Shown here piece after piece: positions 26,101 through 34,158 of a stretch of 57,961 nucleotides of DNA. Origin of the DNA: an uncultured Candidatus Saccharibacteria bacterium (GTDB lineage Bacteria; Patescibacteriota; Minisyncoccia; UBA6257; 2-01-FULL-56-20). Position 1 is the first letter of the stretch. Each line of letters opens with the position of its first letter. The translations under genes and the position numbers were made by a program. Where the stretch lies: positions 164,128-222,088 of the forward strand of contig CAYIAX010000001.1 of the NCBI GenBank assembly GCA_964361595.1. The letters run 5' to 3'. Below the pieces are notes generated by a model that did not search any database, was not told the origin of the DNA, and saw only the letters and a list, made by a program, of their open reading frames with translations.

Positions 26101-27237
26101 TTAGGCCATCAGGCGGAAGATCTCTTCGGCAATTACTTCTGCTGCCTTGGGCCTGGCGAACTTTTGCGCCGCGGCGGACATCTGGGCAAGCAAGTTCGGA
26201 TTCTTCAACATCTCCTTAATTTGGTTCACGAAAATGCCCGGCAAGAGGTTTGGTTCTTCGATCACGGCCGCGGCTCCGGTCTTGGCGTACTCATAAGCAT
26301 TCACGCGCTGGTGGTCATTAGCCGATTCCGCAAGGGGTATAAGCACAGCCGGCTTGCCCATCGCCGCGATCTCAAAAATATTGCTGCCCGCCCTCGAGAC
26401 GATCACATCCGCAGCCCGCAAAGCTGTTTTATAATGCTCATCGAGATATGGTTTCGCGTCGTAGCGCGAAACGGCTTCCGTGCGCAGGGGTATGTCCGCG
26501 AGCGCCGCCTGCGAAAGCTTCTTCACCTCGGCGAAATTAGCTGCGCCGGTTTGGTGCAAGACCTGCGTGGCCTCGAGAAGTTCTTTTAAGAGAGTCAAGA
26601 TAAATTCATTCAGGCGCTGTGAACCCTGCGAGCCGCCCAGAATTAAGAGTAGCGGTTTCTGCGGATTAAACCCCAGTTCATCCTTGGCGCGGTCTTCCGA
26701 GGTTTGATAAGTTGCGAATTCCTTGCGGATCGGATTGCCCGTAAGCGCAGTTTTCGATTCGGGAAAATATTTTGCGGCGCGCTCGAAACTCACCGCGATC
26801 CGCCTGGCGAAGCGGGCGGAGACAAGATTCGTGAGCCCCGGCGCGGCGTCGGATTCGTGGATTAAAACCGGTATGCGGTAAAACCAGGCCGCGAGCACGA
26901 CCGGCAGGGCGCCCGTGCCGCCCTTCGAGAAAACCGCGTCCGGCATAAACCAAAAAACTTTCCATAAGGCTTGGCAGAGGCCAAGAAAGAATTTGGGCAC
27001 GTCAACAATGTTCAGGATCGAAAAATACCGGCGCAGCTTGCCGGAGGCAATATTTACGGTCTTCAAACCGGCGGACGTAACCAGCTCGGCGTAGGCATCG
27101 CTCGGCCCGAAGTAGCGCAGATCGAGCGCAAACTGGTTTTCCGCGGCGAATTTTTTGATTTCCTGCGCGACAGCCAAAAGCGGATAGATGTGTCCCCCGC
27201 TCCCTCCGCCCGTTAAGAGCACTCGCGCCGTGGTCAT
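26101..27237 (-). CDS. murG: Undecaprenyldiphospho-muramoylpentapeptide beta-N-acetylglucosaminyltransferase
   Basis: LLTGGGSGGHIYPLLAV N-terminus and the GT28 C-terminal region (SRAGSN...E). Confidence 0.9.
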   Translation of the reverse strand: MTTARVLLTGGGSGGHIYPLLAVAQEIKKFAAENQFALDLRYFGPSDAYAELVTSAGLKTVNIASGKLRRYFSILNIVDVPKFFLGLCQALWKVFWFMPDAVFSKGGTGALPVVLAAWFYRIPVLIHESDAAPGLTNLVSARFARRIAVSFERAAKYFPESKTALTGNPIRKEFATYQTSEDRAKDELGFNPQKPLLLILGGSQGSQRLNEFILTLLKELLEATQVLHQTGAANFAEVKKLSQAALADIPLRTEAVSRYDAKPYLDEHYKTALRAADVIVSRAGSNIFEIAAMGKPAVLIPLAESANDHQRVNAYEYAKTGAAAVIEEPNLLPGIFVNQIKEMLKNPNLLAQMSAAAQKFARPKAAEVIAEEIFRLMA

Positions 27238-27380
27238 GATTTAATCATAGCACACCACCTATCAAACAAATTAAGCTGGTTATGGTTTGCATATCATAAC
27301 TTTACTATCCTAAATTACGATCGTAAGTTAGGATAGAAAAGCAACTTGTTTTTTCTTGTTTTCAATTTTCTCATATTTCT

Positions 27381-27414
27381 CATATTTTCTAATTCGCGCG
27401 AATTAGAAAATATG
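27381..27414. repeat. 34-bp perfect palindrome S3 (core CTAATTCG-CG-CGAATTAG)
   Basis: catattttctaattcg cg cgaattagaaaatatg. Lies between the P3 stop and the murG start. Confidence 0.9.
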
Positions 27415-27430
27415 ATTTAATGTTGGACTA

Positions 27431-27481
27431 TTATAACAACTTTCGCCCGCCTTCACTGAAGTTTCGGCGAGGCTTCGACAT
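27431..27481 (-). other. Candidate micro-ORF (16 aa, MSKPRRNFSEGGRKLL) in the P3 3-prime echo module
   Basis: ATG 6 nt after the P3 stop codon. Shares the FSEGGRKLL core. Confidence 0.25.
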
Positions 27482-27487
27482 GTTTTT

Positions 27488-29266
27488 TTACGCAATTTCA
27501 GCATTGTAGCAAGCTTCGCAATAGACTATTTCCGGCCTGTCCGGCGCGTAGCTGGTTTGAAATTCGTTGGGACAAGGCGAATTTCCATGGAAGTGTTCGA
27601 TTGTGTTCAAGTATCCTCTGCTCTCTTTGCCGCCGCATTCGCAGTTGCGCCGCCAAAGTTTATTATTATTTCTCTCCGCAAGTCTTGCATAATGCCGACA
27701 GTTGGGGCACAAGTTTGGCAACGGCAGATTCATTTCTTTATAAAAAGCGATTTCTTCTGGAATAATTTTAAATGCCGTTACACATTCATGATGGCAAGCG
27801 CCTTTATGGCTACACTCGATAATTTCATCGCAGATGCTTTCTGTAACGTCGCTGATATGGTCGGGTATTTTGTCAGCTTCAACTGTAACCTCATATTTTT
27901 TAGTCTCTTGCGGACTCCAGGAAAATCCCTTTTCTATGGCCGCTTCTTTGTCTAACGGGAAAAACTCCTGTGCTGCCGAGATATTGTATCCCCACGGTGA
28001 AAAATCTATCGGAAAAAATTCCCCATACTTATAAACCCTGCCTTTTGCGTCAACATAAGGCATGTCGTCCATATGTTTTTTAATTCTGGGAATTAAATCG
28101 AGGTATTCTTCTCTAGAATACTGCTTATTAAATACGCAGTATTCTTTCTTTTTTAATCCGATACAGCCAAATGAATTTGAGGCAGTGTAGCAAAACATGC
28201 AATATTCAAGATCTTTACTGCCTGAATGAGCATTCCAGGAAAGTTTCACGTTATAGCCGCCGCTTCCAACAACAAGAGACTCATAAATTAACTCCGAGTT
28301 CTCTCCCCAATTCGTATAATCATAGCAATTTTTTACCGGTCCGCTCAGCATATTCTGGCAGTATTTCGAATCCTCGATTCCATGAACTCTGTAGCAGTTA
28401 AAAACGTTTTTAGAATTATATATGTATTCTCCGCTTACGTTTGCATTTTGGTATCCATGCATATACTTACGGGGAAAAGTTAGCCATAATTTTTTGGCAT
28501 TATTTTTAATCTGCTCAACCGATTTACGAGAACCGAAATTGAATTCTTTTAATTTTTTACCATACTCCTCTTTGGAATACTGTTGGTTGAAAATACAATA
28601 TGATTTTCGACGAAGACCGATACATCCAAGACAATTATTGCAGCCTACGCAATCTTTAGAGAAAAAGACATTCTGACAATTTTCACAATCGGTAATGAAA
28701 AATGATTTATAGCACCTTTCGCAATTTAAAGCGTCATAGCACAACTCGCAGTTAGTCGTCATGTGGCCGTCGAAGCACCGCCTTGAAGCCGTATCCCAAA
28801 TTAGATACGCTGAGTCTTCAGTATAGGTTGAGGCACGCACCAAATAGCAATTTTTTAAAGAATGGGCATTCGTGCAATAGAGACAGTTAGACATGTTCCG
28901 AATAGAATGAGCCGGAAAAGGAACGCTTCGCATAAGTTCTTGAAATTGGACAAAAAATGGCTTGTTCCAGTCATAATCTCGTCCACAGGACAGCGGATCC
29001 CAAGCATCCGAATTCCAATAGTTGCGCTCATATATTTTAATTTCGCTTTCAGTTGGGAAAAAAGAAAATATCATTTGTCCGTTATGTTCATCTCTCTTTT
29101 TGAATAAATGCCAATCGTTTCTCCAACTCATGCGCCTTTGCAACCGGCAGTCCGGACACCATGTCGGCGGCGGGACTTTGATTTTCTCGTAGAACGCAAA
29201 ATCGTCAGGTTCGATCGTAAACTTGCTATGGCAATTTTGACAAATTTTATTTTCAGTATTATTCAT
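27488..29266 (-). CDS. Cys-rich multi-zinc-ribbon protein, paralogue P3 (592 aa)
   Basis: Full family layout: both terminal ribbon pairs, CVGCNNCLGCIGLRRKSYCIFNQQYSKEEY and SFGCIGLKKKEYCVFNKQYSREEY. Long-type C-terminus CECGG...HFHG..CPNEFQTSYAPDRPEIVYCEAC. Confidence 0.85.
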   Translation of the reverse strand: MNNTENKICQNCHSKFTIEPDDFAFYEKIKVPPPTWCPDCRLQRRMSWRNDWHLFKKRDEHNGQMIFSFFPTESEIKIYERNYWNSDAWDPLSCGRDYDWNKPFFVQFQELMRSVPFPAHSIRNMSNCLYCTNAHSLKNCYLVRASTYTEDSAYLIWDTASRRCFDGHMTTNCELCYDALNCERCYKSFFITDCENCQNVFFSKDCVGCNNCLGCIGLRRKSYCIFNQQYSKEEYGKKLKEFNFGSRKSVEQIKNNAKKLWLTFPRKYMHGYQNANVSGEYIYNSKNVFNCYRVHGIEDSKYCQNMLSGPVKNCYDYTNWGENSELIYESLVVGSGGYNVKLSWNAHSGSKDLEYCMFCYTASNSFGCIGLKKKEYCVFNKQYSREEYLDLIPRIKKHMDDMPYVDAKGRVYKYGEFFPIDFSPWGYNISAAQEFFPLDKEAAIEKGFSWSPQETKKYEVTVEADKIPDHISDVTESICDEIIECSHKGACHHECVTAFKIIPEEIAFYKEMNLPLPNLCPNCRHYARLAERNNNKLWRRNCECGGKESRGYLNTIEHFHGNSPCPNEFQTSYAPDRPEIVYCEACYNAEIA

Positions 29267-29405
29267 ACTTTTTATCCCGACCGCAGGTCGAGGATCCTCG
29301 ATAAATTAGCAATCTCCTGATTGCATTTATCGGGACAGTTTTGACAAGCTTGCACCGAGTCTGTCGAATGTGTTTTTGTTTCTGAATTCATGTACTTATT
29401 TAAGT

Positions 29406-29423
29406 GCTATGCTATAGCATAGC
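29406..29423. repeat. 18-bp perfect palindrome GCTATGCTATAGCATAGC
   Basis: Lies in the P4-stop/P3-start spacer. The same sequence forms the centre of the 26-bp palindrome at 40910-40935. Confidence 0.85.
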
Positions 29424-29492
29424 GGTTGTTTAAATTGCTTCTGTTAAAGAAAATTGTTTTCGCGATTTTTATATTTTTTACGCCGGCGGGCA

Positions 29493-31208
29493 TTAGGCAA
29501 ATTCGCTTAAATAACACTTTTCACAATAGATGATCTCCGGGCGCGTGGGCAGATAACTGGTTTTAAACTCATTTGCGCAGGGCGCGCTGCCATGCACGTG
29601 CTTGGCAGTGTTTTTGTACCCGCCTTTCCCGCTCATTTCGCCTGCGCACTCGCAGCGGCGATGGACTAGGAGCGAAGGATTTTTTACAGTCAGCCGGTAT
29701 TTGTGGCGGCAATAGAAACAGCGGCGCGGAATTGGGATGTTTTGCCGGCGGTAGAATTTGAGTTCCTGCTGGACAATGCGGTAATTGCGGCCGCAGTCGG
29801 TGCAAGCAAGAATCTCGTTTAAAATCGAATCCGGCACATCGCCGATCGCATCCGGAATTTGCTCCGGCTTCATTGTCTCTTTGCCTTTAGTGAATTGCAG
29901 TTCAGCTTGCCATTTGTAGCCGCGCTTTTCGGCTTCCACTTGCGTAAGCGGGGAAAAATCCTGCGCCACAGATTCGTTGTATGAGAAGTAGGAAAGTTCG
30001 GCCGGGAAAAATTCGCCGAAGGGATATGCAATCCCCTGCTTGTCGGTATATGACTTAGCGTTCATCTCCGCGATGATTTTTGCGCGCAAGGCCTCATATT
30101 CTTCCTTGGGATAAGGCTTGTTTAAAATGCAGTACTCGGATTTTTTGAGTCCCACGCAGCCGAAAACATTGGCGCAGGAATGACAGGAGTCCACATAAGC
30201 CACGTCGTTATTCTTCCAGGAGAAAATCGAGAAGAAACTGCGGTTTGAATGATCGGGCGTGATGCCTTCGTAGCATTGCGTGAGTTCCCCGCCGATGCTC
30301 AAATCATAGGAATCTTTCGGCTTGTCATCGCCCTCGCAATAACGGCAATCCTCCCCTTTTTGGATATTAAAGCTGTCGCGCACGTTCTTACAGTGATCGA
30401 TATAATCGCCGGTACAGTTCGTGGAATTGTAGAGATTGGAAAATTTGCGCGGAAACTTCAGCCGAAACTCCTCGAATTCTTTGCGGGCGCGTTCTTGGCC
30501 GTTCCAGGTGTCCAAGCGGTAACCGGCAAGAATCTTTTCGTATTCTGCTTTTGTGTACTGCTCGTTTTTGAAGCAATGCTGTTTATGCCGCAGACCGTAG
30601 CACATAAAGCAGTTTGAGACGTCGTGGCAACCGTGGCAGAAAGCCGAATCTACGACCGCAACGCCGTCGTAGGCAAATTTGGAGTTATAGCATTGCTTGA
30701 CGTAGACCGCTTCATACATCCGCTCGGAGTTGTCAGAGATATGGAGACAATCTATCAAATCTTTGCCTTTGACGACGTACATCGTGTAAAGCGAATCTTC
30801 AATTTTCCAGGCGATAAAAACCATGTAGCAGTTTTTGCCAAATGCGAAGTCCTGCGTATATTCGCAATTTACGCTCGCGATGCCGTCGTCATTCACAAGC
30901 GCCAAGGCAGGAACTTTTTGCTGCAGCTCGGCAAACTGAACGAAAAAAGGCTTGTCCGAGTTATATTCCTGGGCGTACGATTTTGGCTCCCACTTGTCCG
31001 ACCACCAACATCTCTGGCAATAGACGACTTTCTGTTTGTCCGGAGAAAAAACGGAAATTATTTTCTTGCCGCAGAGATCGCATTTGCGCGAGTAAAGCGA
31101 CATATCATTCCGCCAGGCCAGGCGGCGCTGCTTGCGGCAGCGCGGGCAGAAAGTCGGCGGCGGCACGCCAATCTTTTCGTAAAAACCCTGATCGTCGGCG
31201 TCAATCAC
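29493..31208 (-). CDS. Cys-rich multi-zinc-ribbon protein, paralogue P4 (571 aa from the GTG; true 5-prime end probably disrupted)
   Basis: Family layout from ..DDQGFYEKIGVPPPTFCPRCR onward. The first CxxC knuckle (CKNC) and an ATG (31254) lie upstream, out of frame across an A7 run (31241-31247). Confidence 0.75.
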   Translation of the reverse strand: MIDADDQGFYEKIGVPPPTFCPRCRKQRRLAWRNDMSLYSRKCDLCGKKIISVFSPDKQKVVYCQRCWWSDKWEPKSYAQEYNSDKPFFVQFAELQQKVPALALVNDDGIASVNCEYTQDFAFGKNCYMVFIAWKIEDSLYTMYVVKGKDLIDCLHISDNSERMYEAVYVKQCYNSKFAYDGVAVVDSAFCHGCHDVSNCFMCYGLRHKQHCFKNEQYTKAEYEKILAGYRLDTWNGQERARKEFEEFRLKFPRKFSNLYNSTNCTGDYIDHCKNVRDSFNIQKGEDCRYCEGDDKPKDSYDLSIGGELTQCYEGITPDHSNRSFFSIFSWKNNDVAYVDSCHSCANVFGCVGLKKSEYCILNKPYPKEEYEALRAKIIAEMNAKSYTDKQGIAYPFGEFFPAELSYFSYNESVAQDFSPLTQVEAEKRGYKWQAELQFTKGKETMKPEQIPDAIGDVPDSILNEILACTDCGRNYRIVQQELKFYRRQNIPIPRRCFYCRHKYRLTVKNPSLLVHRRCECAGEMSGKGGYKNTAKHVHGSAPCANEFKTSYLPTRPEIIYCEKCYLSEFA

Positions 31209-31265
31209 AAACGAATTCTTGCAGTTTTTACAGTTGTTTGTTTTTTTGGCTCATAGATGTCGGGC

Positions 31266-31283
31266 GCTGTGCTGTAGCGCAGC
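31266..31283. repeat. Degenerate copy of the GCTATGCTATAGCATAGC palindrome
   Basis: gctgtgctgtagcgcagc. Three A-to-G changes leave only two G-T (G-U in RNA) pairs in the palindrome. Lies 12 nt upstream of the P4 ATG at 31254. Confidence 0.5.
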
Positions 31284-31341
31284 AATGTTTATGTGCGAAG
31301 TTTTAGAAAGTTTTAGTTAGAAATTGGTAATTAAGAGTTAA

Positions 31342-32448
31342 TCAACTGTACTTCGAGATATTTACCGCCACGCCGCTCATCGTGAGGAATACGGCCAAGG
31401 CGGTTCCGCCATAACTTATAAACGGCAACGGTACGCCGGTCAAAGGCAAGAGGCCCGAAATCGCGCCCATATTCACCAGGGATTGCAAAGCCACTATTGA
31501 CCCGAAACCGACAAGCACAATTTGGCCAAAACGGTCACGAACTTTTCTTGCCAAGAGGAATATGCGGACGACAAAAAGCCAAAAGATCACAATTAAACTC
31601 CCAGCGCCAACGAAGCCCAATTCTTGAGCGGCAATTGCAAAAATGGAGTCATCAAGCGGCGCGGGCAAAGAAGTTGCTTTATTGGTTGACTTGCCATAAC
31701 CCAAACCGAAGAGCTTGCCGGAACCGATCGAGATCTTGGCTTGTGTGACCTGGAAACTTGCTCCTTCGGAATCCTTCGAAGGATTCAAATATGCCAGAAT
31801 GCGCTCGCGCCGATAGGGCGTGAACCAGATAAGCAACGTGAGCGCAATTAGTCCCGCCGCTCCGATACCCAATAAGTGCGTAATCTTCGCGCCGCTCACG
31901 AAATACATTATGGCCGCAGCAAGCAGAAGCACCCCCACCGTACTCGTAGCGGGCTGGAGCACAAGCAAGCCGGAAATGATTCCGGAGATGAGCAGGAACG
32001 GCAGAACGCCTTCGGCCAGATTCGTGCGGTTCATCTTGGTATTCGCGAGCCAGGCGGCCAGATAAAGAACAAACGTGAGCTTCAAAAGCTCGGATGGCTG
32101 GAAAGAAATCGGGCCCAGCTGCAGCCAGCGCGCAGCTCCGCCGGCGTGCAAACCCAAACTTGTAAAGACAAGCGTGAGCGCGCCGAGATTTAAAAGCAGA
32201 AAAATAAAAGCGATCTTCCGATAAAGTTGGTAATTAAGTTTAAAAGTAACGAAGAAGCCGACGAGGCCGAAGGAAAGCCCGTAAAGCAATTGGTGTTTTA
32301 AGTAATAATAACTGTCATTCCATTTGAGTTTGCCGAGATCCGACGAAGCGCTCGTGAGAATCACAAGTCCGGCCACGGCAAGCATAAAGACTAAGGCTAG
32401 GAGGAAGTAGTCAGGATGATGGCCGGATTTTGAATATTTTAGCTGCAT
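31342..32448 (-). CDS. ftsW: SEDS-family peptidoglycan glycosyltransferase (FtsW/RodA)
   Basis: Polytopic membrane protein with the conserved C-terminal GLLPLTGVPLPFISYGGT motif. Calling it FtsW rather than RodA rests only on its dcw-like position upstream of murG. Confidence 0.8.
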   Translation of the reverse strand: MQLKYSKSGHHPDYFLLALVFMLAVAGLVILTSASSDLGKLKWNDSYYYLKHQLLYGLSFGLVGFFVTFKLNYQLYRKIAFIFLLLNLGALTLVFTSLGLHAGGAARWLQLGPISFQPSELLKLTFVLYLAAWLANTKMNRTNLAEGVLPFLLISGIISGLLVLQPATSTVGVLLLAAAIMYFVSGAKITHLLGIGAAGLIALTLLIWFTPYRRERILAYLNPSKDSEGASFQVTQAKISIGSGKLFGLGYGKSTNKATSLPAPLDDSIFAIAAQELGFVGAGSLIVIFWLFVVRIFLLARKVRDRFGQIVLVGFGSIVALQSLVNMGAISGLLPLTGVPLPFISYGGTALAVFLTMSGVAVNISKYS

Positions 32449-32458
32449 AATTTTATTT

Positions 32459-32547
32459 TAGATTCTGGGTTCCCGCCCAGCTAGCTGGGCGAGGCTCGCC
32501 CAAGGCGGCTAAATTCTAGGTTCTAAGTTCCAGATTCTAGATTCTGT
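32459..32547. repeat. Composite intergenic element E2 (inverted relative to E1)
   Basis: Heptads tagattc tgggttc, then the reverse complement of the E1 core (ttcccgcccagctagctgggcgaggctcgccca), then in-phase heptads attctag gttctaa gttccag attctag attctgt (32513-32547). Confidence 0.7.
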
Positions 32548-32549
32548 TC

Positions 32550-34064
32550 TCACCCAGCGTGGTGCAGAGGTCGACCAGCCAGGGCGCCCGTATATTCACC
32601 GTCCCGCACTGCAACTTTCCCGTTAATGATAACAAAGCGGATCTCGGGCCTGTTTCCTTCCAAAGCGAAACCGACGAGATCGGCGTAATTACCCTCCACG
32701 AGTTCGCCGCGTTTCTTTAACCCCAAATAACGGGCGGGCGTGAGCGTGATCTTGCGGATCGCTTCAGCGAGGGCCAGTTTTTTCTCGGCCAGCATCTTCT
32801 CGAGGAAGATCGGAAAACCGCGTTCGGCCGCTTCGGTTTTTAAGATCCGCTCGCGCCCGAAATCATCAAAACTGGCGCTAAATGAACTAACGAGCGAGCG
32901 CGGATGCGCGAGTAGATTCGCAATCTTTTTGTCATCAATGCAGTCATAGGCGATCCAGGCTTTTAATTTCGTAAGGTGCATCAGGCGAATCAGCATTTCC
33001 TTGTGGCTCTTCGCGCCGTACTCTGTGCTCAACTCTCGCAGCGTATGTCCAACCAAGGAATCATGGCTGGATGCCTTCAGGACCCGGAAACGGCCGGCGT
33101 CAATCTCCGGCAAATCGCGGATCACGCGCGGTGCCAGCCACTCGTCCAGCAAACGTTCGTGCATCTCCTCAAAGCTTGCGGTTTGCAGCCAGTTCGGCAA
33201 GAAGGTGTAAAGCGGTAAAACTGCTGCGGTAGTGGGACCGGTCGTAAAGTGCATCGGTTCGGGATGCGAAGCATCTTCAATAAGCGCGAGCAACTGTTCA
33301 AAATCCTCGTCATGCTTGCGCGGAAAAATATCGTTAACAAGAATTTTAACTCCAGTTTCCCGGCCAAGCTTAATAATTTCCTTGAGGCCATCTGCCTGCG
33401 TTTGCTTCGTACGCGGCGAAAGCGAAAGAAAACCATTGTGTTTGCGGCTTACCTGGCCGCAGAGTTTAAGTTCGCCCCAGGGAATTTGTTTGGCATAAAC
33501 AGAGCGCAAGTCAAGCGACGCGCCATAGGCGCCTTCGCCCAGCGAACGATTCAAAAGTTTTTCAAATACTATCAGTTCTCCATTCGCAAGTTCGCGCGGA
33601 AGATCGCGAGTCAGCGCGCGCCGGATCGATGTATGGCCGGCGAGCGTGGCAAAGTTTACTCCCAGCGGCCGTTTACTTAAAGTGCTTAAAAATTCTCTGA
33701 CGGAATGCCAATTTATGTTCAAGCGCGGCGAAGCCACCCACTCGCGCAGGGACTTTAGCTCGCCGTATAAGAGCGGCGCCAAGGACACCCCGCCGTGGCC
33801 GCCCAAGATCGTGGTAACGCCCTGGCGCAAAAAATCCTCCTGGCTGGGATAATGCCAAAGCGAGAGGTAATGGTCAGATTCGGCATGCATATCGATAAAG
33901 CCCGGCGCTGCATATAATCCCCTGCCGTCGATCATCTGCGCGGTTTCCTTGTGCGGAAAACTGCCGATGGCGGAAATCATTTCGCCGCGGATGTAGATAT
34001 CCGAAGATTCCGGCAGGTTCTGGCTGCCGCCCAAAACCTTCACGTTCTTCAAAAGCAAGCTCAT
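32550..34064 (-). CDS. Amidohydrolase-superfamily protein (D-aminoacylase-like)
   Basis: MSLLLKNVKVLGG...GLYAAPGFIDMHAESDH resembles the N-terminus of N-acyl-D-amino-acid deacylases. I trimmed the track start (34196, TTG) because those 44 codons translate the heptad array. Confidence 0.6.
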   Translation of the reverse strand: MSLLLKNVKVLGGSQNLPESSDIYIRGEMISAIGSFPHKETAQMIDGRGLYAAPGFIDMHAESDHYLSLWHYPSQEDFLRQGVTTILGGHGGVSLAPLLYGELKSLREWVASPRLNINWHSVREFLSTLSKRPLGVNFATLAGHTSIRRALTRDLPRELANGELIVFEKLLNRSLGEGAYGASLDLRSVYAKQIPWGELKLCGQVSRKHNGFLSLSPRTKQTQADGLKEIIKLGRETGVKILVNDIFPRKHDEDFEQLLALIEDASHPEPMHFTTGPTTAAVLPLYTFLPNWLQTASFEEMHERLLDEWLAPRVIRDLPEIDAGRFRVLKASSHDSLVGHTLRELSTEYGAKSHKEMLIRLMHLTKLKAWIAYDCIDDKKIANLLAHPRSLVSSFSASFDDFGRERILKTEAAERGFPIFLEKMLAEKKLALAEAIRKITLTPARYLGLKKRGELVEGNYADLVGFALEGNRPEIRFVIINGKVAVRDGEYTGALAGRPLHHAG

Positions 34065-34080
34065 GTACGTTCTATTATAA

Positions 34081-34157
34081 CCTGGAATCGGGAACCTGGA
34101 ACCAGGGACTAGGACCAGGTGTTTTAATGCCTGGAACCTGGGTCCTGGATCCTGGAA
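34081..34157. repeat. 7-bp tandem array, 11 in-phase units (CCTGGAA type)
   Basis: cctggaa tcgggaa cctggaa ccaggga ctaggac caggtgt tttaatg cctggaa cctgggt cctggat cctggaa. Fills the spacer between two same-strand genes. Confidence 0.8.
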
Positions 34158-34158
34158 A

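Noticed and set aside
31241-31254. Programmed -1 ribosomal frameshifting at the slippery-looking A AAA AAC in the P4 5-prime end.
   Set aside because: Restoring the conserved N-terminus requires a +1 shift (equivalent to deleting one A). A -1 slip lands in the third frame, so classical -1 PRF does not explain it.
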